A stretch of 43,271 nucleotides of DNA from positions 1-43,271 of the forward strand of contig JYFJ02003340.1 in assembly GCA_000934665.2 (NCBI GenBank), written 5' to 3'. Below the pieces are notes generated by a model, which worked only from the letters and a program-made list of their open reading frames with translations, was not told the origin of the DNA and did not search any database. Shown piece after piece: positions 32,292 to 43,271 of this stretch. This DNA comes from Catajapyx aquilonaris (taxonomy: Eukaryota). Every line of letters starts with the position of its first letter. Position 1 is the stretch's first letter. The translations under genes and the position numbers were made by a program.

Positions 32292-35200
32292 ATGCCTCCT
32301 GCGAAGAATCCAAAGGTATGAGTGTGTACCGCAAGCGTACAACATTTAAAATTGACAAGATAAATCATAGTTAGTTGAGTCGTTCTAAAACAAAATTAGA
32401 ACATTAATTACAAGATCAGTATTAATTTAATGGCCATAAATATATATCCGGCTCACCAAAGTTATTTTTTTGTTGCAATTATTGCGACAAGCCATTCGCA
32501 AACAAATCGCAACTGCAAATAATTGATGCGGCTTGGCGTATGCTCATAAATAATGCATGCTTACAAACATTAAATGAACAGTAATAAGAATAATTACAGA
32601 CCATATAAGCCGTTCATTTAATAAGCGCATGATCGGAGCTGCCAAATTCCAACGATTTGCAATTTAATTAGTAACGTACAGTTGTCGCAATTGGAACGCT
32701 TAATGAACATTAAAGCATGAATAATTAAATGACAATAATGACTGTTCAATAATAAGCTTATGATTTAATTAAGCAATTTAATTAGTTAGTTAATTAATTT
32801 AATTAGTAACGTACAGTTGTCGCAATTGGAACGCTTAATAAACATTAAAGCATGAATAATTAGTAAAAATACAATAATGACTGTTCAATAATAAGCTTAT
32901 GATCCAGAATAACGCAGCAAATTTGTCACTCATAAGCCGCATACGCGAAACAATTATTTGCAATTTTTTCATGACAATTGTATAGTTGTCGCAATTGTTT
33001 GCATAAACATGCTTACATCCATTAAAACATGAATAATCATAAAATGTACAGAACGTTCATTACTGATTAACATTAAGAGTGGTTGGGCATGAATACCGTC
33101 GCTCATGAAACAATTATTATGTGAGATTGTACGGTAAATTGCTTATTAATTGCTTATTGAATTACAAATTAGCATGGAGCCGACCGACCACATCGTCTGT
33201 CAGGCGGCGCACATCGCAAGAGTGTGGCCGTATCGCACGCGTCGGAAAAGCGGGACACGCTGGGTTCGACCGTGGACATAGGACAAAGAGAGCGGCATGG
33301 TACGCGCCACCATGCGGCTGCGTACATGTTCCAGCCGGAGAGGGACCACGTGTCGGACGCCGAGCTCAAAGAGGAAATCGAGCGGATCCTGACCACCCGC
33401 AACCCGCATGCGAAGGTCTCCCGGGTGGTGTTCAACTTCCACGAGATGACCTACAAGCCTGTGCCGCAGCAGCTGCGTAAGCCCATCGTGGTCTTCGAGC
33501 TGGAGGGCCACATGCTGCACCACGAGTCGGACGAGGCTCAGAAGCAGCTGAGAGGGGAGAAGAGCCACGAGGAAGCCGCCAAGGAGGAGGTGAGCCAGCC
33601 GCATTTCCCTGGAGCAGACGGCTTTTCATGAGCCATCCATACATACGAAAGAATACAAATTAATGTGGTTTGTGTGCCGCACAGGTTAAGGAGGAGGTGT
33701 CAGTTGCGAAGGTGGATGAGGGTGCGGGCGGGGACGAAGCGGAGGAAGAGGAGGATGAGGGTACGGCGGAAGTGGCGGAGCAGGCGGAACCTGAGGAAGC
33801 GGAGGCGGGTGAAACAACCGGCGCGGCAGGAGAAGGCAGCGCGCACAAGGGCGTTAAGGTGCTGAACAAGTTCAACTTTTGCGACCGCGCCGGGCAGACT
33901 TACCTGGTGGTCCGGAGGGAGCATGAGACGCAAACGGAGCCGCCGCCGCAGGGGGATCTATCCGGGCTCGTGCTGCAGTGGGTCATATTCGATGCGTACC
34001 AGGAGGATTTCGCTATTCAGGTACGGCCTGTTGCGACGTCGATTGTACAAAGCGCTGAGTTGTTCATGTTGTAGGAAGCGGAGAAGGAGCGTGCGGCTGC
34101 GGCGGAGAAGGCGGCTGCCAGGGAAGCTTCTGGTGGTGGAGGCGGTGCTCCGGCTGCTGGCGGCCGACCTGGGACAGCCGCCGGTGGTTCAAAAGACGAC
34201 CGTCGTGCCAAGAAGGGCATGGCCTCGTACGACATGGCCGTCGGCGTCGAGGACCTCAGCGGTGTGGCATACCCGACGAAGATACTGGAGCGGCTTGTCT
34301 GCCAGAACATCTACAACGAGATCAACCAAGGTATTATTGCGACGTAAGTGTGACGTTACCTGAATCAAACGGACCGATTCACAGATTTCAAGTTCTGGGA
34401 GGACCTCTCGGATGAGTTCCGCGATGGTAAGGGCAGCGTACTTCCGCTCTGGAGGTTCGGGTACGACCGCAGCCGGGGTTGCAACAACGTCACTTGCATC
34501 AGCTGGAGCCACCACTACCCGGACCTGTTCGGCGTCGGATACGGATGCTGTAAGTACATGCGGTTCCGCACAATTGCGTACATTAAATTAGCGTCTTCCA
34601 GATGAGTTCGACATGCAGCATGTGTCCGGTACGCTGTGCTTGTTCACGCTGAAGAATCCATCGTACCCGGAGCTGGTGCGTCCCATGCCGTCCGGAGTGG
34701 CCGCGCTGGACATGAGTCCCGACCTGCCCTGCCTGCTGGTGGTCGGCCTGTACAACGGGAATGTCGTGGTCGTCGACGGCCGCTCGGCTGAGACGCCCAT
34801 AATGCGGTCGTCCCATTGCAAGGGAAAGCACAGCGAGACGGTCACGCAGGTCGTATGGGGCAAGGCGGGCGTTGCGGACGGAGAGCGCAACTTCTACTCC
34901 CTGTCCAACGACGGGGAGATGCGCCACTGGGTGCTGGGGTCGGACGAGCTCAGGTGGATGCGGATCCTGCGTCTGAGGCACGACCGAAAGCCAGTTGTGG
35001 GACCAAGAGGCGTGCCGATCCAGGCGTACGGTGAGTCCAATCCGCATTAGCGTACGAAATTATGCTTACAAGAGTTGTCCGCAGCTGTCGGCACGTCTCT
35101 GACTTTGCACCCGGTGGACCCGGCGCTCTTCCTGGTCGGCACGGAGGAAGGGAAGATCCGGCTGTACAGCACCGCTTACACCTCTAGGGTGATACGCTCC

Positions 35201-35760
35201 TACCGCGGGCACCGCCTGGCCATCACAGGCCTGGAGTGGAACACCTTCTGTCCGGACATATTCATCAGCTCGTCCGAGGACCGCACGATCAAGATCTGGA
35301 AGCGGTGGTCCAGCGTACCTGTGTTCAACTTCCCAATGTCCGCAGCAGTCGGCGACGTCGCTTGGTCTCCATACGCATCTACAGTGTTCGCAGTTCCGGT
35401 CGGAGACGGTCTGATCTTCATATTTGATCTGACTGTGAACAGACAGCGGCCGATCTGCAGGCAGGTAAGTCCAGCCGGTCCTGTAACGAGAGCAATGCTG
35501 CTAAATTTTGGAAATCGCAGGTGGTGGCATCGAAGCGACGAGGCGGCCGGCTGACCCACCTCTGCTTCAACAAGACGTACCCGATCGTACTTCTGTCTGA
35601 CGAGCGAGGCCACATCCACTGCCTGAAGCTGTCACCGAACCTCCGTAAGGTTAACAAGGACTCGAAGGGAAACAACATCGTCGGGAGCGCACTGATCGAG
35701 ATGGAAAAGACCAAGATGGACAAGATCCTCTCGCTGATTCAGGATCCGCAGCTTGATTAA
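32292..35760 (+). CDS. DNAI1: Axonemal outer-arm dynein intermediate chain 1 (IC78-type, WD40)
   Basis: Exons 32292-32315, 33173-33589, 33685-34020, 34075-34330, 34385-34549, 34602-35030, 35085-35464 and 35521-35760. Motifs ELKEEIERILTTRNPHA, LNKFNFCDRAGQTY, DFKFWEDLSDEFRDGKGSVLPLWRF, FTLKNPSYPE, FLVGTEEGKI, AVGDVAWSPYASTVFA and LKLSPNLRK. Confidence 0.93.
32662..32903. repeat. ~105-bp direct duplication in DNAI1 intron 1
   Basis: atttaattagtaacgtacagttgtcgcaattggaacgctta…aataagcttatgat at ~32662-32764 and ~32797-32903. Confidence 0.85.
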
Positions 35761-36179
35761 GCGTTAACGAGGCCTGCAAGCGGCATATTTTTTTTTTCTT
35801 TCTTGAGCCGTCAATTTTATCAATCGGCAGGTAGGGAAAAGCCTGATGTCTAAATCGCAATTGGAAAGGTCACAATAATAATAATAAAAAGTAGGGGGCA
35901 AGATCTCTGAAAAATTGTTTTAATTCGATTCGAACCTGCCTACAAAGTTTCAGTCGCCCACAAGTACCATAACATGAAAAAGCATTAATTAAATAATAAA
36001 CATCGGTAATAAAACGGAAATCGACAGCTTCCTGCACTCGGGAGAAAAAAAAGTAAGCGGCACTTGTTATTTAAAAATAAAAATAAAAATAAAAACCAAC
36101 TTTGAAGGAAATTAACACAACATGACAGTCGGGCTTATCTTACGGTTAATTAGTGCACTTAACAGATGTGCAGGAATGA

Positions 36180-37385
36180 TTACTGCAAGTACACTTCCCA
36201 TCCTTCGGTAGGAATGTCTGGAGGGGCGACCCAAGTTGGAGGCACACTCTGACCTGAGCTGTCCAAGTACTGGTCCCAAGAATTCCTGCAAATTGCGATG
36301 AGATTACAAACAAAAAGTTTCTCAACTGATAATAATCGCACGATTGAACGTACCTAACATGCGTGAGAGCAGCAAGATCCCGTTGAGCCGCAGTTTGACA
36401 CAAATAATGCGGGTACAAAGGATGGGTGTGGTTCGGCGAAGGTGGGCCAAACAGCGATGTGAGGTCAGTCACAGCCGATTCCTTCCTCTTGGGTCTCTTT
36501 GCGTCCTTGTTGTCCTGGTCCATAATCACCCGAAGCGCAGCCTCTTCCTTCTCGTACAGCTCCAACTGACATGACATCATGTCCTTCAGTGGCTGAAGTC
36601 TGCTTTCGAACTCCTGTTGCATCCGAGGGTCCTCGCCAGGCCGAACCTTTTCCTTCCGAAGCTCTGCAAGTGCGGACAGAAGCGCAATTGACCGTCGGGC
36701 TTCCGACTGTTTGCGTCTCACGTCGCCTAAAACCGAGTCGGCCTCCAGCTTCATCGCATGCTCCTGCAAATAGTCAGTTTAATAACAGCGAACATTACAA
36801 GTGCGATCAGTACTAACTTGTTTGGCTTTGTTGGATTTCGCAGCAACCGATTCCATCCATTTGTCCACTTCGCTCGCTTTCCGTTGCCGCAGTTGCAGCT
36901 CCTCAGTCCGCTCTTCATTCGCCCGCTTCTTTCTCCGTCCATCCCGCTGCCTCTTCCGTATCCTCCGTTCAACATCCTGCTTCAATCTGGCGATATCATC
37001 GGAACTTAAAGCAGCGATTTGTCCAACCAACTCGTCCGCTTCCGCCTTCTTCACCACCACCTGGCTCCACAAACCATCCCACTCGTCACAATCCACCGCA
37101 TTTTGTAAGTCCGCCTTGACCTTTCCAAGCTCGGAAAGGACCAAGTGGGCTTGCTTCACGACCCGGCTCAGGTCGCCAATCTAGCAGGAAAAATCATAAT
37201 AAGCTTCAGTAACTTGGTGTAAAAAGTCAAGACAGTACCTTGAATCCATTTTCATTTCCACGTTGTTTAACAATGGGAACCTCCCTCTGTCCCTTCGAGA
37301 GTGCCCAACAATCCACCCACTGTTGGTCAGCCCCACGCCGCCAGCCACCCCAGGACTGCCAACCACACTGTCCCGCACCGTACAT
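36180..37385 (-). CDS. PDCD7: Programmed cell death protein 7 / U11-59K minor-spliceosome protein (~341 aa)
   Basis: Exons 37385-37239, 37180-36818, 36763-36354 and 36285-36180. MKLEADSVLGDVRRKQSEA, LYEKEEAALRVIM, LFG and RNSWDQYL…VPPTWVAPP…W match the PDCD7 C-terminal domain. Confidence 0.88.
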
Positions 37386-37600
37386 TAGTCCTTGTTACAA
37401 TACGAAAATAAACCGAAGAAAAAAAAAAATCTGGCTCCACTGCACGTCACTTGCGTATATATTTTTATAATGTTAATCAAAAAAACCGAAGCACCGAATT
37501 AAAATAGATAGTCTTCCCCTTCCCGACGACGCTTGACGAATTAGGTGGTTTAAAACCCCCTCCTTCCTCAGAAAACTTTTGTCTTTTCCTTTCTTTTTTT

Positions 37601-39969
37601 TTAGGCCGGAAGCTGCTCGATCCCGGCGTTCAGGATCCGACGCGCCTCCCGCACCTCCTCAGTCTCGGCAAACTTCTCCTGCAGGTCCTCGATCAGGATC
37701 TTAAGCTCCTCAGATGCCTGCTGCAGGTGGCGCACGCAGTCCGGGATCATCATCAGAGACTCCTGCAGAACCTTCTCCTGCAGAAGGATGTACGCCTCCT
37801 CACGCCCTGCAAGAGAACAAGCAGCATGACAACGTCGCAGAAGTAAATTACGAGCAACGACATACCGATGAGCATGAAAAAAATTGTAAAAGTATCTTTT
37901 ATATAAATTTCACTAGCAGTTGAGCCTATTCTTCGTAAGACCCGTTTCCATGATTTTATGCCATGAAAATTGTGTTGCCATGCACCCTGTTGCCATGTCC
38001 CCATTGCCATGTACTGTTGCCACGTACCCACTGCCATGTACTAGGTTGCCACGTACCCACTGCCATGTATCAATTGCTATGTACTGTTGTCATGTACCTA
38101 CTCCCATGTACTAGGTTGTCATGTACCCATTGCCAAGTACTGTTGCCATGTACCCATTGCCATGTACTAGGTTGCCATGTACCCACTGCCATGTATCAAT
38201 TGCCATGTACTAGGTTGCCATGTACCCACTGCCATGTATCAATTGCTATGTACTGTTGTCATGTACCTACTCCCATGTACTAGGTTGCCATGTACCCATT
38301 GCCAAGTACTGTTGCCATGTACCCACTGCCATGTACCCTTTGCCACATATCTGCTGCCGTGTATCCATTGTCATGCACCCTGTTTGCCATGTATGCCAGT
38401 TGCCATGGACAAGCGAACAAACTTTCACTTATATGTACATAAGATGTCCCAAGGTCAGGTCATGGCAGGATGGTCTGGTCATCCTCGTAAATATCTGTTA
38501 AACGTTTTGATGATCTCACGGCTGTTGACAGTAGCATGAAACGGCTCAAAATTAAATCTTCGTGCAATGATTTTAATCGTGGTTTTGCGACTTAGCATGT
38601 TGGCGCCTGTCAAATGTTGATAAATCGCATTATCAGTTCGCTTTTGTTCTCTCTCTCTCAAAGGAACTATTCTTCCCAAGGCTGTGTACAGGCATATCGG
38701 TCAAGGCTCCTTTTTTAATCAGCACGGCCCACAGAAGGTGAAGTGTGGGTGGCTCATGACTCATGCGCGATGACTCCATACCACCCCCCACCCACCCACT
38801 CCCTTTTGTTCCATGTGAACCAACTCTTCCTTCTTCCTTAAAAAGGGATGCTCTTGGCCATGAAACAACCAAACATTTATCACACTAAACATATTTAAAT
38901 ATTAATATTGATAATATTAAATATTTTAATATAACATTTAATACTATTTCAATTTATTTACTGGCCTAAAAAAAAAGCAACATTTACCCCTCGTAAATTT
39001 TCGCATTTATATAATAATCACTTATTTTATTGGCTAATTTTATTAATTTTATGATGTATCGACTTATTTTATTAATTTTATGATGTATTGACTTATTTTA
39101 TTAATTTTATGATGTATTGACTTATGATTTAATGCCTGCTTTTATTTACCAGTATGCACTTATTTATTGTCATTAACTTATCTTAAAAATGCACTTATTA
39201 TTTTTTATTTACAGATTTAAATGTGATCACAGGGTAAACAAAATTACAGTAAAAAGTTTTATTTTATTTATTTGCTAATTTTACTCTTACTTATTTTTCA
39301 TTATTTACTAATTTTACTCTTCTACGTATTTTTAATTATTTATTTATTTCTTTACTCATGTTACGTGATGTTACTCATTCACTTTTTTTTTATTATTGTA
39401 CTTTACTTATTTACATACAAGTACTTATTTTATTAACAATTTTTTTGTTTTGCTTATTTATCCTCATTGATGCATATTTATTGATTTATTTATGTACCCT
39501 TTTTTATTGCCTCTAATTCACTTACTCTATGTATTTATTTATATTTATTTACTGATTTAAAATCTGAGCACAGGTTATCATCCAACATGTGGCATTTTAG
39601 GCCAACGTGTGCCACACCCGGATGAACCTCAGCGTGTCTGTTGGAGGATGCGTTCCGTCAACGCACGACGCACAATGCATTGAGCTGTGGCATTGAGCTG
39701 TCACTTATTAAGCGGACAAGTGTTGTGTCCAGCAAAAGGGACGTACTGGTTGTCGTTGTTCTCCCTCCCCCAGCCTCACCTTCCTCCCTGTACTTGTCTA
39801 TCTTCTTCCTCTGGTCCTCGGCCTCCTTCTCGTAGCACAGCTTCTCCTTGGTGTACCTCTTCACCACCCCGGTCTTGATCTTCAGTGGCTTCAAGGCAGG
39901 GTCGGGCTTGGCTTGGGTCGTCTTGTTGGCTGCTGGGGATGCTGCCTTCTTGGAATCCGCGTCGGCCAT
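37601..39969 (-). CDS. TBCA: Tubulin-specific chaperone A (131 aa, with a short N-terminal extension)
   Basis: Exons 39969-39780 and 37806-37601 (phase 1). LKIKTGVVKRYTKEKLCYEKE and VLQESLMMIPDC. Confidence 0.95.
37972..38410. repeat. 13-15-bp unit satellite (tgccatgtac core) with a higher-order duplication, in the TBCA intron
   Basis: About 30 variant monomers. A ~135-bp block of variants at ~38032 recurs at ~38201. Confidence 0.92.
39035..39125. repeat. ~29-bp tandem repeat x3 (gacttatttttattaattttatgatgtat)
   Basis: Direct reading. Confidence 0.85.
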
Positions 39970-40314
39970 ACTCTTCCTCTCAAAAATGGGATCGAATCGG
40001 GCACAGGTCAAAAGGTTGAACGGGTAAAAGAAGAAAAAGGAAGAGAAAAAATCGAACGTCTTTTTTTCCTTCCAACGTTGGTTTCCGAAGCTCTCTGGAC
40101 AGGGAGGGCCGAATGCAACGCAGCGACTGCAAATCGCTGCTAATTCATCGCGTTGTTATCAACAGGCGTTTAATTCAATGCCCTAATTGCGGTTCAAGAA
40201 CCTCATTAAACGTGCGCAAATTTTGCAAAAAATCACATTGTAATAAAGTCCGATAATAAGTAGTACGTGCTCACAGTACCGCATGAAAAATGGACTGTTA
40301 CTTCCGTTATTGTT

Positions 40315-40359
40315 CTTCTGTTATTGTTCAAGCTGTTACAGCTTGAACAATAACAGAAG
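40315..40359. repeat. Perfect palindrome, 22-bp arms with a 1-nt spacer
   Basis: cttctgttattgttcaagctgt-t-acagcttgaacaataacagaag. Confidence 0.95.
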
Positions 40360-40714
40360 TCGCTGCTAATTCGTCAGGCTATCACTGCGATCGCCCAAAG
40401 AGCTATAAATGTAAATTATTTTGCAATTCATGCACTAATTACGACTAGTTGAACCTCATTACAAATGTCTAATAAGCAGTATGGAATTAGGTTTTCAAAA
40501 ATTGTGCATACTCGTACCAAACCAAATTGATGTATAACAGCGGCTATATGATGAGCAGATAGCCGGTTAAGAACAGGCTGGATTTAAAACTGCTTTAAAG
40601 AGAAAATGGCATGCACGTTTCCTAATTAATGACCCGGATAATTAGTCTGTCAAATGCAATCAGCCGCGTGTATCTCAATTAGAGGAAAATATTATTTACA
40701 ACGAGGTATAAATA

Positions 40715-41315
40715 CTGTATAAATAGCTGTTTACATCTCTTATATTTACCAGCTAATATAAATAGCCGTTTACATCTGTTATATTTACCAGATAATATAA
40801 ATAGTAGTTTACATCTATTAAGTTTACCAGCTAATGTAAATAGCCATTTACATCTATTATATTTACCAGCTAATATAAATAGCCGTTTACATCTGTTATA
40901 TTTACCAGCTAATATAAATAGCCATTTACATCTGTTATATCTACCAGCTAATATAAATAGCCGTTTACATCTGTTATAATATTTACCAGCTAATATAAAT
41001 AGCCGTTTACATCTGTTATATTCATCAGCTAATATAAATAGCCGTTTACATGTTATATTTACCAGCTAATATAAATAGCCGTTTACATCTGTTATAATAT
41101 TTACCAGCTAATATAAATAGCCGTTTACATATGTTACTGTTATCAGCTAATATAAATAGCCGTTTACATATGTTCCTGTTATCAGCTAATATAAATAGCC
41201 GTTTAAATCTGTTACTGCTATCAGCTAATATAAATAGCCGTTTATATCTATTATATTTATCAGCTAATATAAATAGATTTTATATGGATTATATTTATCA
41301 GCTAATATAAGTAGC
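40715..41315. repeat. ~39-bp minisatellite, about 15 copies
   Basis: Unit ccagctaatataaatagccgtttacatctgttatattta with variants. Confidence 0.95.
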
Positions 41316-41844
41316 TACTTATAAGAATTACATTTATTATTTTGCATGTATTAGCCATTATAAGTAACAATTTATATATTTATTAGATTACATTTATTAG
41401 CTATTACCGGTAGCTTTTTATTAGCTTTATAACTAGATCACCTCTATTCCGACGTAATGTACAGTTTTGTCGAGATATGGCGTACGTTACAGTATTCACC
41501 CATGATTATACATATTACAATTCAATAATTATAGTTTAATATTGTATATGGTAATTAAGTATTGTAACAGGGTATTTTAATATTACATGTTAAGTTAATT
41601 AATGCACATTGAACGCAAAGTCGCATTTAATTTGGGCGTGCCTGTGCTTTTTGCGTCAACCGAACTTCTTTTCAGGTCAGGCTTCGGGTTGTTTTTTTTT
41701 TTTCCTTCCCTCTTTCGTAACTTGCGTTGTAATTTTTTTCCTCATTACATCGAACGTACTTGTTTTTTGTACGGAGAGAGTGCAGAGAGTACAGAGAGTG
41801 TGTGTACACCGCTGCCTGTACCGCACAACCTACTATTAAAAGCC

Positions 41845-42170
41845 ATGATGTCTGACGACTGCGACGCTGTGGTGGAGCGAATCCTGTCTGATCTAGACGC
41901 GGCCTTCAAGAAGGACAGGCTCATGTAAGGGGAAGAAGAGTGACCCTCCTCTCACTTTATCTTTTGGAAAGGATTATTATTATTTAAAAAATAACCACCA
42001 CATTTTCTGCAGAGATGAGTTCGGGGTCGTCCCGTGCTTCCACAGGCAGAACAAGTCTCCCGTGGTGCACGTGGAGCACAAGCTTGGCCTGGAGGACTGG
42101 AGCATCAAGCCCCTCTACATGTACACTTACAGGAAGATCATGGACTGGAAGAGGAACAGGAGGAGGGAAG
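41845..42170 (+). CDS. PTAR1: Protein prenyltransferase alpha subunit repeat-containing protein 1, first two exons (no further exon recognised in the window)
   Basis: Exons 41845-41924 and 42013-42170 give MMSDDCDAVVERILSDLDAAFKKDRLIDEFGVVPCFHRQNKSPVVHVEHKLGLEDWSIKPLY, matching the PTAR1 N-terminus (IDEIGLIPC…NRSPIVLVENKLGVESW). Confidence 0.88.
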
Positions 42171-42297
42171 GTGGTCACGCACGCACTCCCATTTAATAAT
42201 CAATTCATTATTATTATTAGCCGGAAGTGTTCTCGTACCACGAATTACCAGTAACGCTCACCTATTGTAATAGTACGAGATGCAATTATTGTGACAA

Positions 42298-42665
42298 ATT
42301 GAATTCAGGAGAGAGTACGCTACGTTACGAGTAACGCGCAAGTAATAATAATAGATAATTAATTATGTTCCCTCTTTAAAAACGACATGAGTTTAAAATA
42401 TCCAACAAGTTATTTTTAAAAAATAACTTCACATTTTTTTTATTGCAATCATAATAATTGATAATCAACTGAAAGTGTTCAGGAGAGTAAGCTACATTAG
42501 CTTACGTAATAATGGTGATTAACTGCAAGTGTTCAGGAGAGAGTAAGGTGTGTTACGAGCAACAATAGCAAAGTACTCACAAATTTTGTAATATTGCAAT
42601 TGTACAAAATACAATAGTTATCAATTGAATTCAGGAGAGAGTACGTTCTATTACGAGTAACGCTT
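42298..42665. repeat. Dispersed direct repeats (ttcaggagagagta…ttacgagtaacgc) x4 in the PTAR1 intron
   Basis: The motif recurs near 42304, 42478, 42532 and 42630 with variable spacing. Confidence 0.7.
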
Positions 42666-43271
42666 ACAAAGTGCTGACGAATTTTTAAATATTTGTATCT
42701 TTTATATCAGTTATTTTAATTTTATAAATTAATTTATCGTGTCTATTTTTGTTATATTTTCGTGTGTTTTTATTATATTTACGTATTGTATTCACTTTTG
42801 TAGCATTTTAATCATGTTTTTATATTATTCACATATTGTTAGTAATTTTTATATTGTGATAATTTATTATGCTTACCTACGTACTTTTGTTATACGTTTT
42901 CGTATATTTCATATTATTCGCGTGGTAATTTTTGTCGTATTCTTGCGCACGCTATAATTTAATTTTTATTCATTTGCTTTTGTATAATTCACATTATTTC
43001 ATTGTCGGTAATTTTCATTTATTGCTGTTTTCATTTATTTGACGTATAATGTACTAGCAGCTGACCTGCCTAGTTTCCCGGGTGTGTTTTGGTTGAAACA
43101 TGCAGCATTAAATTGCTCGACAAAAGTAACCCCCAGGATTTCTATAGAAAACAAGCAAACAAACATCGTGATTTATACTTGCCCAACTGCATGGTAATTC
43201 GCTCACCCTGAACATTTGCACCATAGATGAGCAGAAACCCACCAATGCGCGAAATTATTGAAGATACAATG

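Noticed and set aside
33121..35860. Numerous overlapping antisense and alternate-frame ORFs over DNAI1, and likewise over the lipases and paralogs A/B
   Set aside because: Shadow ORFs of GC-rich coding exons with no independent motifs or splice support.
35920..35965. B-box-like GGTTCGAATC on the minus strand
   Set aside because: No A-box or cloverleaf could be built.
37753..38539. Cys/His-rich metallothionein-like ORFs (PCTHCH repeats)
   Set aside because: Products of the tgccatgtac satellite inside the TBCA intron; several frames are similarly open.
39617..39700. acccggatgaacctcagcg resembles the 5' end of tRNA-Sec
   Set aside because: No UCA anticodon arm, T-arm or matching acceptor stem follows.
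29844..42170. Functional link between CaaX-bearing FAM219 and nearby PTAR1
   Set aside because: Three unrelated genes intervene, and CaaL motifs are normally GGTase-I substrates rather than PTAR1/GGTase-III substrates. Proximity alone is not evidence.
40715..42665. CRISPR-like appearance of the 39-bp array and the spaced ttcaggagagagta repeats
   Set aside because: Eukaryotic context, no unique equal-length spacers and no cas genes; these are ordinary minisatellite or degenerate repeats.

Overview
Eukaryotic, intron-rich DNA with compact gene spacing and many 50-70 nt introns. It is most likely from an arthropod (inference from gene content and motifs). All exon structures were reconstructed by hand from splice signals and reading-frame phase. 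Gene order: 3' end of an unidentified gene; a multi-exon C2H2 zinc-finger gene; SDHAF2; an ankyrin-repeat fragment; two tandem paralogs of a protein family I cannot assign; five intact secreted acid-lipase-family genes, with a GT31 beta-1,3-galactosyltransferase gene between copies 4 and 5 and a GT31 relic after copy 5; FAM219 head-to-head with DNAI1; PDCD7; TBCA; and the 5' part of PTAR1. Several MITEs, satellites and palindromes are also present. Highlights: (1) the FAM219/DNAI1 divergent pair matches the human FAM219A/DNAI1 arrangement; (2) the unassigned two-gene family has conserved intron phases and Trp/Pro motifs; (3) the lipase array has remodelled active-site motifs, a GC-AG intron, changes concentrated in the cap region, and an inversion scar with a duplicated promoter. 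I found no CRISPR array, rRNA or convincing tRNA.
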